A DNA stretch of 64,000 bases. Origin: Thermofilaceae archaeon (GTDB lineage Archaea; Thermoproteota; Thermoprotei; Thermofilales; Thermofilaceae). The stretch spans positions 96,001 to 160,000 of the forward strand of contig JAWCCZ010000004.1 in NCBI GenBank assembly GCA_038861545.1. The letters run 5' to 3'. Within the stretch, counting starts at the first letter, position 1. Every line of letters begins with the position of its first letter. A program made the translations under genes and the position numbers. Positions 1-10,178 of the stretch are shown here, piece after piece. A model generated the notes under the pieces. It worked only from the letters and a program-made list of their open reading frames with translations. It ran no database searches and was not told where the DNA came from.

Positions 1-1203
1 GTCTCAGCTGGTAGGGAGAGAACTTGTCTGCTGGCTGATGAGTTAAATGGTGCAGTGCATGATTTCTGTAAATACATGAGATACCGGTGTCCTTATGCGA
101 GATTCCCTCCATCCTACTCTCTCCCCCTTATCGCTTTCTCTTACATAGAAGTGGTAACAAGAGGGAAGGGAGAAGGATGGTGCCCTTATTACGCTCAGGA
201 TTTTGTAGAGGCTGACATCTGCATTCAAAATTATTTCAAAAGACCAGCTCAAACTAAGTGTATCGTCATTGATGAAGCGCATAACCTACTAATGCCTAGA
301 GAAACACGTATCCCCCTCTCCAAGCTCGTCGAAGGAGTAACTGTACTAAGAGAAATTGGCGTTAGTAGTAAATTGTTGCATGCAGCTGAATCTCTGATAA
401 GGTACATTACAGTTAAAGATGGTGCTCTTGAAATTAATCTTTTCTTAAATGAAAACGAGTTAAACGAGTTAAAGGAGCTATACCTCGAAAGATTAAAGGA
501 GGGGGATCCTCGACTGCGCTCCTTTTTAGAACTCAGTAGAGGAGTCACGTACATTGAGGGCGAAAAAGTGTTAGTGTTTAAACCAGAGAGTTTACCCAAT
601 TTTAGACCTTGCATATTGGTCAGTGCCACTATACCAGAAATCGGAGGAAATATTCTCCAAGTTGACGCAGAAATAAAGATTCCCTGGACTAGAAAATTAA
701 GGGCAACAATAGTGGAGGATGTTACAACTAAGTTTGATGAGTTTGATACGAACATGGTCCTGCGCTATAAGGGATTACTGATTAGTGTAGCAAGTGATTA
801 CAAGCGTGTCTTAGTTTTTGCAGCAAGTGAAAGGGTTGCAAAAGAATTACTCTCGCTTGCTACATACTATGAAACAGAGCCTCCTCCAAATTGGGAGGGA
901 TTATTATTATTAAAGGCTAGGGGAAGGTTTAGTGAGGGGGTCGACCTCCCCGCGGACGCCGTAGTTATAGCTGGTGCACCTTTCCTTCCCCCCGAGGTTA
1001 GTGATCGCTTAGCAAAAATGTACAGAGTGGTTGGAATGCATGCTCCTTTAAAAGCTGCGGTAGATATTCCAATGCTAATTGCAACGCTCCAGTGCATCGG
1101 CCGTGCTTGGCGAAGACCCAACACTGAAACAATAGTTTTTCTCGCAGATTCAAGATTCTCAAAATATATTAAAGACCTAGGAAGTTATTTAGAAATTCAG
1201 TAG
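1..1203 (+). CDS. xpd: XPD/Rad3-family Fe-S DNA helicase (5' truncated by window edge)
   Basis: Frame open from base 1. Fe-S Cys pattern GRERTC..FC..RC..WCPYY, motif II DEAHNL, motif V RGRFSEGVDLP, motif VI QCIGRAWR. Confidence 0.85.
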   Translation, partial: VSAGRERTCLLADELNGAVHDFCKYMRYRCPYARFPPSYSLPLIAFSYIEVVTRGKGEGWCPYYAQDFVEADICIQNYFKRPAQTKCIVIDEAHNLLMPRETRIPLSKLVEGVTVLREIGVSSKLLHAAESLIRYITVKDGALEINLFLNENELNELKELYLERLKEGDPRLRSFLELSRGVTYIEGEKVLVFKPESLPNFRPCILVSATIPEIGGNILQVDAEIKIPWTRKLRATIVEDVTTKFDEFDTNMVLRYKGLLISVASDYKRVLVFAASERVAKELLSLATYYETEPPPNWEGLLLLKARGRFSEGVDLPADAVVIAGAPFLPPEVSDRLAKMYRVVGMHAPLKAAVDIPMLIATLQCIGRAWRRPNTETIVFLADSRFSKYIKDLGSYLEIQ

Positions 1204-1214
1204 AGTTTAAAAAA

Positions 1215-2015
1215 TCAAGCTACCCTCTTGGCACCAGCTTCCAAAGTCCTAAAATACACTTCAAACCCAGAACCCCGCAGGAAATATGCTACTTCTTTAG
1301 CGCATTCTTCTAGATAATCATATGGTGTAGGCGAAGCATGAGCATAGTCATCTTTAACCCCTTTATATGGTATAAACTGTTGGAGCACATAAACTCGGCG
1401 CCCTGTTGTTTTAGGGATCGAGGCTAAATCTTCTTTGGCTATCTGAACTACGTCTTTACATGAAAGGAGTCCCGGAACCAGCGTAGTCCTGAGCTCAAGA
1501 AATTGTGTATAAGCTGCTGCTATTTCAATACTGGATTTAACTCTTTTAACTAACTCGATACCGGCGTCCTCCTCGACGCCGGTTACTCTAGCATATAACG
1601 CAGGGTTACCTAGAGGTGCTTTAACATCTATAGCTATGTGTTGAGCATACTTCAATAACTCACTTATTGCAAATGGTATGGTACCATTAGTATCAAAGCT
1701 CAGCAGGAGCTCGCTCTCCTCTCGAAGCTTCGAAAACATAACTTTCACAGCTTCTAGTTGCAATGTTGGTTCACCCCCAGTAACGTGAAAGTAGTCTACA
1801 AAAGTCTCTGCTTCTTTCACTTTTTCAATAATTTCCGGTATGCTTACCTCCTTACCTATCAATCCTTTGGCTAAGTCACAGTTCGAACACCAAGGACACT
1901 TCAAATTACATCCACTTAACCATAGAGTAAAGGATACATGTCCGAGCACATCAACTAAGCTAACTTCTTTCCATCCACCTACTATCACATACTTCTCTTC
2001 AACTCCTATTGGCAC
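1215..2015 (-). CDS. nrdG: Anaerobic ribonucleotide reductase activating enzyme (radical SAM)
   Basis: CNLKCPWC (CxxxCxxC), TGGEPT, DTNGT, ELRTT; directly downstream of nrdD; GGAGG SD before the GTG. Confidence 0.9.
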   Translation of the reverse strand: MPIGVEEKYVIVGGWKEVSLVDVLGHVSFTLWLSGCNLKCPWCSNCDLAKGLIGKEVSIPEIIEKVKEAETFVDYFHVTGGEPTLQLEAVKVMFSKLREESELLLSFDTNGTIPFAISELLKYAQHIAIDVKAPLGNPALYARVTGVEEDAGIELVKRVKSSIEIAAAYTQFLELRTTLVPGLLSCKDVVQIAKEDLASIPKTTGRRVYVLQQFIPYKGVKDDYAHASPTPYDYLEECAKEVAYFLRGSGFEVYFRTLEAGAKRVA

Positions 2016-2114
2016 AAGTTACCTCCTCCTTTAATCCCCTCAAAAGTACTGTCCTAAAAGGTACATAAATACAAGTGTATCCAAAACATCTGTCAGCTTT
2101 CACCAGGGTTAAAA

Positions 2115-4025
2115 TTAGTAACCTTCTATTTCGGTTGCAGTATAGTGTTTTCTTAACCGGAATTCTGTTTTCTTTCCTGGGTTCCATTGTTTTACCGGCC
2201 TGTAATATCCAACGATCCTACTCCAAACTTCAGCTTCCCTTTCACACTTTAAACACTGCCAGTGAGTACCTACACTACTCCAACCGCACCATCTGCAAAC
2301 GGAAATCGTTGGTGTAATGGAGAAATAGACAATGCCTGTATTCTCTATAATTCTGCGAACCAACTTCTTTAATGCTTCTACGTCAGGCTGCTCTTCGAGG
2401 AAAAGATGCATCATCACGCCACCAGTGAACTCCCCTTGCACACGACCTTCTAGCGCGGCCCTCTCATACAATGACACAGGAGCATAGTAGGGGACAATCG
2501 AGTTGCTATAGAATGGCGAGTCACCACCAGGAATCAAAACATCACTTCTACCTTTGAAAAGCTCTCGATCTAAAACTGCTAAACGGTAACCCGTACTTTC
2601 ACCAGGAACCTCCTCCACGTTGTACAGGCAACCGTCAACACCTTCGCACTCCAGCGCGTACTTTCGGATGAGCTCTACCATTCGTCGCTCAATATCGACT
2701 AGACCCTGCAAATCGCCGTTAAACCAAGCACTTGGATCTCGAACAAAATTCGCCGCGGCTTCAGGCATACCGATCAAACCGAATGTAGCGAAGTGATGGT
2801 TAAAGTGACCTAGATAAGCTTTCGATACAGGCATAAGACCTACTTTAAGGCTTCGTTCATACCTTTCTCTCCAAGTCTTTAAGACTTCTCTTGCGTTTTT
2901 AAGCCGTTCCTGTAGCAGTTCTTCAAACACACTCCACTCTCCTTTACTTAAAGCCGCTATCCTCGGCAAGTTAACCGTAACCACACCGATACTACCCGTC
3001 GCGTCGGGAAGAGCCCAAGTCCCGTAAGCTTTTCCCCCCTCCCTCGCTTTAAGGAAACTCTCATAGACATCTTCAGCGTCCGCGTAGCTAAGCTTTAAGC
3101 CGCCACCGTTATTTAACGCGTGATTAACATCGATCGTTAATCTGCAACACATTGCGTATAACGCTTCAACGTTGCTCGCGTAACCGTTTAGTAGGTAAGC
3201 ACTCCCCCTCCTTGCTAATGTTTCAAAAATTAAGTCGGTGAGTTCTCCCCATCTACCACCACTCCAATCAAAACTTTTTGTAAGCATTAACGTGGGAATA
3301 GGGAACGTGAACGGCTGGCCGATGGCGTCCCCCTCTAGGTACAGCTCAAACAAGCACCGAGCAACTGTAATAGCCTCACTAACGAATTCGCCTAATAACC
3401 CACATCTCTTCCCGTTTACGATCGCTGGTCCCTCAAGGAAGCCGGGGCTTGTATCCAGCACTAAAGTTATATTGGTAAAGGGGGATTGATATCCGGCCCT
3501 AGCAGGGTAATTAAGCTCGAAAAGCATGCTTTGGAGAGCTTGCTTAATCCTAGCGCGCTCCAGATTATCGTTTGAGATGAAAGGCGCTGTGTATAAATCG
3601 AAGGCGCTAGTCGCCTGCGCGCCTGTAAATTCCTGAGCGCCCATAAAGAAGAAGTTTACGAGATGCGATACCGCTGTATCAAAATGCTTAGCGGGGCTGC
3701 TGACTATACCGGGTGTCCTTAAACCAGATTCTAAGACTTTTCGGTAACTCCACCCAGTACAGTACGGTATCCAAAGGCTATCAGGTAGCTTGTGTATGTG
3801 AATATCACCGTTGAAGTGCATTCCAACGGACTCGGGGGGAAGGTAGGAAGCTATCACATTCCCGCTTTTAACCAGTTTTTCGAAAAGATAATTCCTGAAG
3901 TTACTGTAGCTAAAATTAGTATTGGCGTTTTCTCTGACCTCCCAATCCGCGCGCCTTAAGTAAGCCTCTTCAAGCTCGCGCAGAATATCGGCTCTGTTTT
4001 TAACTAAAGCTTCGCTCAACGACAT
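2115..4025 (-). CDS. nrdD: Class III anaerobic ribonucleoside-triphosphate reductase (no N-terminal ATP-cone)
   Basis: GDIHIH, FTFPIPT, MCCRL, GSIGVVTVNLPR, C-terminal CxxC..CxxC and glycyl-radical loop SRIVGYY. Confidence 0.95.
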   Translation of the reverse strand: MSLSEALVKNRADILRELEEAYLRRADWEVRENANTNFSYSNFRNYLFEKLVKSGNVIASYLPPESVGMHFNGDIHIHKLPDSLWIPYCTGWSYRKVLESGLRTPGIVSSPAKHFDTAVSHLVNFFFMGAQEFTGAQATSAFDLYTAPFISNDNLERARIKQALQSMLFELNYPARAGYQSPFTNITLVLDTSPGFLEGPAIVNGKRCGLLGEFVSEAITVARCLFELYLEGDAIGQPFTFPIPTLMLTKSFDWSGGRWGELTDLIFETLARRGSAYLLNGYASNVEALYAMCCRLTIDVNHALNNGGGLKLSYADAEDVYESFLKAREGGKAYGTWALPDATGSIGVVTVNLPRIAALSKGEWSVFEELLQERLKNAREVLKTWRERYERSLKVGLMPVSKAYLGHFNHHFATFGLIGMPEAAANFVRDPSAWFNGDLQGLVDIERRMVELIRKYALECEGVDGCLYNVEEVPGESTGYRLAVLDRELFKGRSDVLIPGGDSPFYSNSIVPYYAPVSLYERAALEGRVQGEFTGGVMMHLFLEEQPDVEALKKLVRRIIENTGIVYFSITPTISVCRWCGWSSVGTHWQCLKCEREAEVWSRIVGYYRPVKQWNPGKKTEFRLRKHYTATEIEGY

Positions 4026-4470
4026 GATTTCAACCTAGAAGAATCTAATTAACATCAGTGTTATAAGAGAAAGGGAAAGTGAAGCGAAAGTATTACAAGC
4101 GAACTCTTATTCGAATAACCATGGAATGACATTTACCCTCACCCTATCTTTATCCGGCACAGTTCAAGTTTTCGGGTCGAAAATTTTCCCTTACCGCAGT
4201 CTAATTCGTGAAAATAATGAATCAGGTCAACACTGGCTCTCTCACTGGAGGTTTACTAGCTCTACGGCCTCCCCTCAGCTCTAGCTTCTAATCCTTCCTT
4301 AACGTGATGCTGAGCACCTCTACCGCACCCGTCCAAGGTATGATAAGTTAAAAGGATATGCACTCTCTGCCTACTTCTATGAAATTTATTGTTACAATGT
4401 TTAAAGTGCGTGGCTCCCAGCTGGTGCGGAGCTGATAAGGATTTATATGACCGGCGTAGAGGCTGGCCCG

Positions 4471-5133
4471 ATGCAAACATTAGAAAAGGTATATAACTCA
4501 ATTAAAAGTAAGTTCCTAGAATTCGACTTCGATAGCGTAAAAAAGCTTGTACGTGAGGCGCTAGATAATGGAGCGTCTCCTAATGATGTAATCGAACGTT
4601 CACTAAGACCTGCTATGGAAGAAGCGGGCGGGAGATTTGAGAAAGGCGAGTTTTTCCTCGCAGAACTTGTAGTTGCAGGAGATCTTTTCAAAGAAGTTAT
4701 GGATGAAATCCTGATTCCGGAAATTCAAAGAAGAGGAGGATCTACAAGTGCCTTGGGTACAGTAGTTATCGGTACCGTTAGAGGGGACTTGCACGATATA
4801 GGGAAAAGCATAGTGGCTACTATGCTCAGAGCCGCAGGATTTAATGTGATCGACCTCGGGGTAGATGTACCACCCGAGAAATTTGTCGAAGCCGCAGTGC
4901 AAAACAAGGCTAACATCATTGGAATGTCGGCTCTCCTTACTACAACTATGCTCGAAATGAAAAATGTAATAGAGGCGCTGAAGCAGGCTGGAATTAGGGA
5001 TAAGGTAAAAGTCGTTGTGGGAGGGGCAGCTGTAACCGAGGAATACGCTAAAAGTATAGGAGCGGACGCTTACGGTGAAGATGCCGTAAAAGCAGTTAAG
5101 ATCTGCAAAGAGCTGTTAGGTATAAAAACATAA
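4471..5133 (+). CDS. Corrinoid (B12-binding) methyltransferase protein, MtaC/MttC-like
   Basis: Cap domain plus GDLHDIGK (DxHxxG), DLGVDVP, SALLTTTM, VGGAAV. Start moved from 4447 to the ATG at 4471 because a TATA-like ATTTATA lies at 4441-4447. Confidence 0.92.
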   Translation: MQTLEKVYNSIKSKFLEFDFDSVKKLVREALDNGASPNDVIERSLRPAMEEAGGRFEKGEFFLAELVVAGDLFKEVMDEILIPEIQRRGGSTSALGTVVIGTVRGDLHDIGKSIVATMLRAAGFNVIDLGVDVPPEKFVEAAVQNKANIIGMSALLTTTMLEMKNVIEALKQAGIRDKVKVVVGGAAVTEEYAKSIGADAYGEDAVKAVKICKELLGIKT

Positions 5134-5177
5134 ATCCTGAAAGGAAGGTTTTTACGGTATCCTCAACGAGCTCAGCC

Positions 5178-6905
5178 GTGCCTAGATTAGAGATTGAGGG
5201 CTTTGGTAGCTTCAACGTCAGCGAGGGTTCTAACCTCCTTGAAATTTTAAGGGAGAAAGGGGTCCCCATAGCAGCTGGTTGTGGAGGACTTGGATTATGC
5301 GGGTTATGCAAGCTTAAGGTGAAATCCAGCAGGCTCAGCGAACCCACTGAACGGGAGAAAAAGTTGCTGGGGGATATGCTTCGCGATGGATGGAGATTGG
5401 CATGCCAAGTTTACGTAATGGATGACACATCGGTTGAATTAATGATCAAGAAAAAGGGATTTAAGTTTAGGATCAGACCTAGCGTAAAGGTCGCAAACCC
5501 CCTGCTTCTAGTCCCTGTGAACGTATCTAACGAGGGAGAATCCATTGAAGAAGAGCTGTTCACAACCTTGCAGAAGCTAGGAGCTGAGGTAAACCGCTCT
5601 ACAACTTTAGCTCTGAATAAGATGGCTTTAACCGCTTCGAGGGAGGGGGTTAGTAAAGTAGCTGTTATAGCTGAGAAAGAATTGCTTGATCTTGCTGAGG
5701 ATTGCAGAGGTTATGGGCTAGCTGTTGACGTAGGAACAACTAGTATTGCAGTTTCGTTAGTGGACTTAACCAGTGGGGAGCTGATAGATGAACGGGCTAC
5801 CCTAAACTCTCAGATTCGGTTCGGTTCAGACGTAATCTCTAGAATACAGTATTCGTTAGTGCACCACAACGGGGTTAAGCAACTTCAGGAAAGCGTCATC
5901 AGCACAGTTAACCAGCTTGTAAACGAAATAGGGGTTCCAGCTACCAGCGTCTACAAAGTTACTGTCTCTGGAAACTCGGTAATGCTTCACCTTTTTTACG
6001 GAGTAACTCCGAAAACACTTGGTTTTCTTCCCTTTAAACCAGTCTATAGGAGAGGGCTTATAGCAAGAGCTGGTGAGCTAGGCCTTAAGGCACACCCTTG
6101 CGCTAAGGTTGAGTCTTTGCCTATTCTTGGAGGATACGTTGGGGGCGACGTGGTCGGAGATGTCTTGGCTGCAGAATTATTCGAGTATAGAACCGCTATG
6201 CTAATCGATGTAGGAACTAACGGTGAGGTTGTTATAAAAAAGAATGACCAGTATGTTGCAGCCTCTACTCCGGCCGGTCCAGCTTTTGAAGGTGTAGGTC
6301 TTTACTCGGGTATGATGGCCATAGAGGGGGCCATAGAAAAAGTGGGGGTAGAACCCGATGGTAAAACCGCGTACGAGGTTATAGGCGAGGGCCCGCCTCG
6401 GGGGATATGCGGGTCAGGCTACGTGGATCTTTTAGCTGAACTTTTAAGAAAGGGTTTACTCACCCGAGAGGGGCGCTTACTCAGTGGGCCTGGTGTAAGA
6501 GAAGTGAATGGGGTTACCGCATTCCTGGTTGACGAGGAACATGGAATTTTGTTAACTCAACCCGATGTACGTAAACTTCAGCTGGCCGTAGCTGCCGTGA
6601 AGTTGACGGCAAAATTTGCAATGGAGCAACTAGGTGTAGAACTTTGTAAACTAGAGAAAGTTATAGTGGCTGGCGACTTTGGATACCATCTAGATCCGTG
6701 CAACGCGATAGAAATAGGACTCTTACCTAAAGTAGACCGCGTAATCGTAGAGTTCATAGGCAACGGTTCACTAACGGGCGCAGAGCTATACATGGTATCG
6801 AATGAGGCTAGGCAGAAAGTGTGGGAGCTGCTAGGTAAATGTAGAGTACTAGACGTTCCGAGAGATGAAAAAGCTTTCATCAATGAACTCAAGCTCGGTT
6901 GGTGA
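5178..6905 (+). CDS. Reductive activator of corrinoid proteins (RACo/RamA-like, 2Fe-2S + ASKHA ATPase)
   Basis: N-terminal CGGLGLCGLC..RLACQ ferredoxin; DVGTTS, GSDVISRI, DVGTNGE, GPAFEG, GICGSG; adjacent to the corrinoid protein. Confidence 0.9.
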   Translation: MPRLEIEGFGSFNVSEGSNLLEILREKGVPIAAGCGGLGLCGLCKLKVKSSRLSEPTEREKKLLGDMLRDGWRLACQVYVMDDTSVELMIKKKGFKFRIRPSVKVANPLLLVPVNVSNEGESIEEELFTTLQKLGAEVNRSTTLALNKMALTASREGVSKVAVIAEKELLDLAEDCRGYGLAVDVGTTSIAVSLVDLTSGELIDERATLNSQIRFGSDVISRIQYSLVHHNGVKQLQESVISTVNQLVNEIGVPATSVYKVTVSGNSVMLHLFYGVTPKTLGFLPFKPVYRRGLIARAGELGLKAHPCAKVESLPILGGYVGGDVVGDVLAAELFEYRTAMLIDVGTNGEVVIKKNDQYVAASTPAGPAFEGVGLYSGMMAIEGAIEKVGVEPDGKTAYEVIGEGPPRGICGSGYVDLLAELLRKGLLTREGRLLSGPGVREVNGVTAFLVDEEHGILLTQPDVRKLQLAVAAVKLTAKFAMEQLGVELCKLEKVIVAGDFGYHLDPCNAIEIGLLPKVDRVIVEFIGNGSLTGAELYMVSNEARQKVWELLGKCRVLDVPRDEKAFINELKLGW

Positions 6906-7340
6906 GCTGAGCCTAGCAAGCTTCGAAAGAGCCTCCGCTACAGTCCTCGCAGTGGTGACAACCCGCTCGCTTGGCGGTTTACCTAGATCAAGGTTCTCAA
7001 CAGGCATGCCCACTATGTAAACTCTTGATAAATCGAAACCAACAGCACCGAAGAGAATGGAGAGTGAAAGAGCATGCGTCGTAGCTGGCAACGCCTCCCC
7101 AGTCTCGGAAAGCCTAAAAACCTTCACGCCTGAACCCCTACACAGCAAGGCGTCAACTACAATTACGATCGCCGGCTTCAGCTTACCTATTTTGCCAACA
7201 AAGTTTTCGGGAACGCTGCCAGCGTAGATCGCGGGAACCCCCCTCATCTGGAGCTCTTTATACACTAGGAAACCAAAAGCGTCGTCGCCTCGTAGTGGGT
7301 TCCCAACGCAAAGTATCAGTATACTGCCGCGTCTCATCAT
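6849..7340 (-). CDS. Hydrogenase maturation protease (HycI/HybD family)
   Basis: GNPLRGDDAFG, VVDA, TTHALSL. Confidence 0.85.
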   Translation of the reverse strand: MMRRGSILILCVGNPLRGDDAFGFLVYKELQMRGVPAIYAGSVPENFVGKIGKLKPAIVIVVDALLCRGSGVKVFRLSETGEALPATTHALSLSILFGAVGFDLSRVYIVGMPVENLDLGKPPSERVVTTARTVAEALSKLARLSSPTELEFIDESFFISRNV

Positions 7341-7431
7341 GCAATACTAATATATCACCCGTATATATCTGGTTACATCTGTAGAACGGGTTACGTAAAT
7401 AAACATTAAAGGGCTTGAAAAGATTTTTTAT

Positions 7432-7965
7432 GTGTCACAAATGAGTCCAGAAGGGAGAATACTCTTAGATTACCCGTTAAGCGCAAAATCAGTTACTCTA
7501 AGGTTCTGCGTATCCGCGGTTGTTTCCTGCCTCTACCTGTATTTAGCGTTCCAAACGAACGAAAGCCTCTTTAACATAGGATTCCTAGTATCCTTCACCT
7601 TTCTCTTATTGTTTAGCCTTGTTTACAGAATTATAAACTTCTTAACAATTTATAAAACGATTATACTAAAAGGTGAATACCGAAAAGAGAAAAAAGGTGG
7701 ATGCATTGAATTACTTTATAATATTCTGTTATTTATTTCTCCATTCTTTTTATTTATTTTTATAAATTCTGTTTTAGCCTTAGGAATTTTATTTGGAGTT
7801 ATTTCGGCAGTAGGCATCTTAGATTCTTTATTTTACCTCTACGTGAAAAATAGGGAAGCTCATCTCGGTGGCCACTTCAAAGCTTTCATAGAAAAAGGGA
7901 ATAAACCTGGCTGCTATGTATGGGGTCTCAGCTTACATTCTGAGGACGAAATCGATAGGAGTTAA
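7432..7965 (+). CDS. Hypothetical membrane protein (~4 TM)
   Basis: 177-aa ORF with hydrophobic segments; no recognised motif. Confidence 0.6.
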   Translation: MSQMSPEGRILLDYPLSAKSVTLRFCVSAVVSCLYLYLAFQTNESLFNIGFLVSFTFLLLFSLVYRIINFLTIYKTIILKGEYRKEKKGGCIELLYNILLFISPFFLFIFINSVLALGILFGVISAVGILDSLFYLYVKNREAHLGGHFKAFIEKGNKPGCYVWGLSLHSEDEIDRS

Positions 7966-8754
7966 CCCAAACCTAGTTCCTACCATTACTTGGAGATGAA
8001 TCCTGCATGTGTTCTCCAGAAAGCATTCGAAAGTAGTATCTCCTGGTAGTTCTATAGCTTTGGTTAAATTTACACCGTCTTGGAATATTTTCAATCCAGA
8101 TGGGTAGTTATCAGCTACAAATCTAATGAGCTTAGACCCCTTATACACATAGTATCTTGTGAAAAACGCTGTTAAACCTTTTTTACTTTGCGTGTAAAGA
8201 TTTAACTTTAAATGAATAAATGATTTAGAATCCCTCAGAAAGTTGACTTCTATGAGTTTCACCGAGAAAGATTTTACGGCATATACTTCATAATACCAGT
8301 TTAGACATGAATTAATCGTAACCGGTAATGATAACAGCAAGAGAATAGTAGATAATTGAAACACTAGTTTCTTCGTCTTCGGCTTACTTTCTGCGATATA
8401 GCTGCTCATTACCAAAGTTATTACAGAAATAGGTGCTGCATATACCAAGTTGAATAAAATTACATTCTTAGTGATTACTAACGTTGCGAGGTCGCCTGAA
8501 ACGCTTCCCAGTAGTATATCGATAGGCAGTTTAGCTAACATCAAGGCTACAATTATGGAAAGGACTTGCGTTACGAAGTATATGGCAAAAGACTTCGTTA
8601 AATTTTCAGCAACCCAGCCTATAATTAGACTTGCAACTATAACCGGAATTAAGTACTCCGGCTGAGTGGATAACCCAGTGAAAGCCGACTGGAAAAAAGA
8701 CAAGAGATAAATGAAAAACGAGGATAAAGTTAATAGAACTACCTTAGATTTCAC
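7933..8754 (-). CDS. Hypothetical membrane protein (~5 TM + soluble C-terminal domain)
   Basis: Start overlaps the stop of the upstream permease, so probably co-transcribed with the ABC cluster. Confidence 0.65.
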   Translation of the reverse strand: MKSKVVLLTLSSFFIYLLSFFQSAFTGLSTQPEYLIPVIVASLIIGWVAENLTKSFAIYFVTQVLSIIVALMLAKLPIDILLGSVSGDLATLVITKNVILFNLVYAAPISVITLVMSSYIAESKPKTKKLVFQLSTILLLLSLPVTINSCLNWYYEVYAVKSFSVKLIEVNFLRDSKSFIHLKLNLYTQSKKGLTAFFTRYYVYKGSKLIRFVADNYPSGLKIFQDGVNLTKAIELPGDTTFECFLENTCRIHLQVMVGTRFGLTPIDFVLRM

Positions 8755-10178
8755 GTTAAACGCCTTGCCCTCAGTTTCGGGTTGAAAACCTCATCCAGGG
8801 TCTGCCCAATAAGAACAAAGCTCATAGCTAGCAACGTTATCATAACACCAGGCGGTACTACCCACCACCAGAGCATCCTGGAAAAAGCTCCGCTATAGCG
8901 GGCATTGTATAACATCCTTCCCCAAGATGGAACTCTCGGATCACCTAAATTCAAGAAACTGAGTGAGGATTCAAGCAGGATAGCGCCGGGTACATTTAGA
9001 ACAAGCGTGATGTAGACTATAGGCGTTAACTGGGGTAAGATGTGCTTAAAAAGTATATATACGTCACTTGCTCCTAAAGCTCGAGCTGCTTCTACAAAAA
9101 GCCTCTCCCTTAAGGACATTACGTAAGCTCTGCAATTCCTAGCAAATCCCATCCAGCTGAACAGCGCGATCAGGAATATTGTAATGTATAAACTTTTACC
9201 TATGAACACGCTTACAGCAATAAGTAAGGGAATCAAAGGTAGAAACATCAAAGTATCTGTAAAAAACATCAATATTTGGTCAACTAAGCCACCTTTATAC
9301 CCTGCTACAATTCCTACAACAAGTCCTAGTAGGACTGATACAACTGACGCTAGTATACCTACAATTAAGCTGACGCGTGTACCATGTATCAAATTCGAGA
9401 AAAGATCTCCTCCCAAGTTATCAGTCCCGAGAACACCGTAGGCTAATCCCGGTATCTTGAAGTATAATGGACTGACGGCTATTTTCACGTAGTTGTCTTC
9501 CCTGATCCTCGAGTAGATAACAATCTTTAGCTTGTATAGTCCCTTTTCAGCAAAGAGTTTCTCACCTAGATCGTCATAAGGCGAGAAACCTAAGGCTAGC
9601 TTAAGCGGTACATCTCTGGCATCAAAACGAGCAGATGGTTCAATGCGAGTTAAGTTGTATGATATTGCACCGCTATCATATATTTGATAGCTCTTTCCGT
9701 TAGGCACATCTAAGTAGAGCCTGATCCTCGCCGTCGAACCAAGCCCTCCAGCTACGGTTATGTTATAAGCGATTTCACCGTAAAAACCCTTGGGTGGGGA
9801 GTATGGGTATTCGAAGGAATAAATTAACGAGAGCTCTACTCTTCGCTCATCACTTTCCGGCGTAAATTCGCATAAAATCCAATCGTCTACGACGGTTAAC
9901 CTAGAGCAATTTCCTTCAACTTTCCATCTACTACCTACAATTTTCAACTCTATATTCTCAGGTAAATCCCTATATTGTGGGAAAGCTTTAAACCAGAATG
10001 GAACTGCGTAACCTTCCGCTAGGTTTATTTCATCGGGTTTGTGTGTCGCTATAAAATCAGCGAATATGCTTATTAATATAAACGTCAAAAGCAGGAAAAG
10101 ACCAAGCACACCCTTCTTGTACCTAGTAATACTTTTTATAATTTCGATTATGTTATGAAAAGTACTTGAGGTGCTCAC
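8751..10178 (-). CDS. oppC: Peptide ABC transporter permease (OppC/DppC) with large extracellular insert
   Basis: LGTDNLGGDLFS, EAA loop FVEAARALGAS, SFLNLG..SWGRML. Confidence 0.92.
   Translation of the reverse strand: MSTSSTFHNIIEIIKSITRYKKGVLGLFLLLTFILISIFADFIATHKPDEINLAEGYAVPFWFKAFPQYRDLPENIELKIVGSRWKVEGNCSRLTVVDDWILCEFTPESDERRVELSLIYSFEYPYSPPKGFYGEIAYNITVAGGLGSTARIRLYLDVPNGKSYQIYDSGAISYNLTRIEPSARFDARDVPLKLALGFSPYDDLGEKLFAEKGLYKLKIVIYSRIREDNYVKIAVSPLYFKIPGLAYGVLGTDNLGGDLFSNLIHGTRVSLIVGILASVVSVLLGLVVGIVAGYKGGLVDQILMFFTDTLMFLPLIPLLIAVSVFIGKSLYITIFLIALFSWMGFARNCRAYVMSLRERLFVEAARALGASDVYILFKHILPQLTPIVYITLVLNVPGAILLESSLSFLNLGDPRVPSWGRMLYNARYSGAFSRMLWWWVVPPGVMITLLAMSFVLIGQTLDEVFNPKLRARRLT

Noticed and set aside
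1999-2187. 62-aa ORF between nrdD and nrdG
   Set aside because: Overlaps both genes; no CxxC redoxin motif or other support.
4150-4330. Cobalamin-riboswitch-like words upstream of nrdD on the minus strand (GGTGC..TTAAGGAA, GAGCCAG..GACCTG)
   Set aside because: The core GGTG-AA-TCC arm and correctly ordered ACTG/GGGAAG elements are missing. An Infernal search with the Rfam cobalamin models would be needed; not supported by eye.
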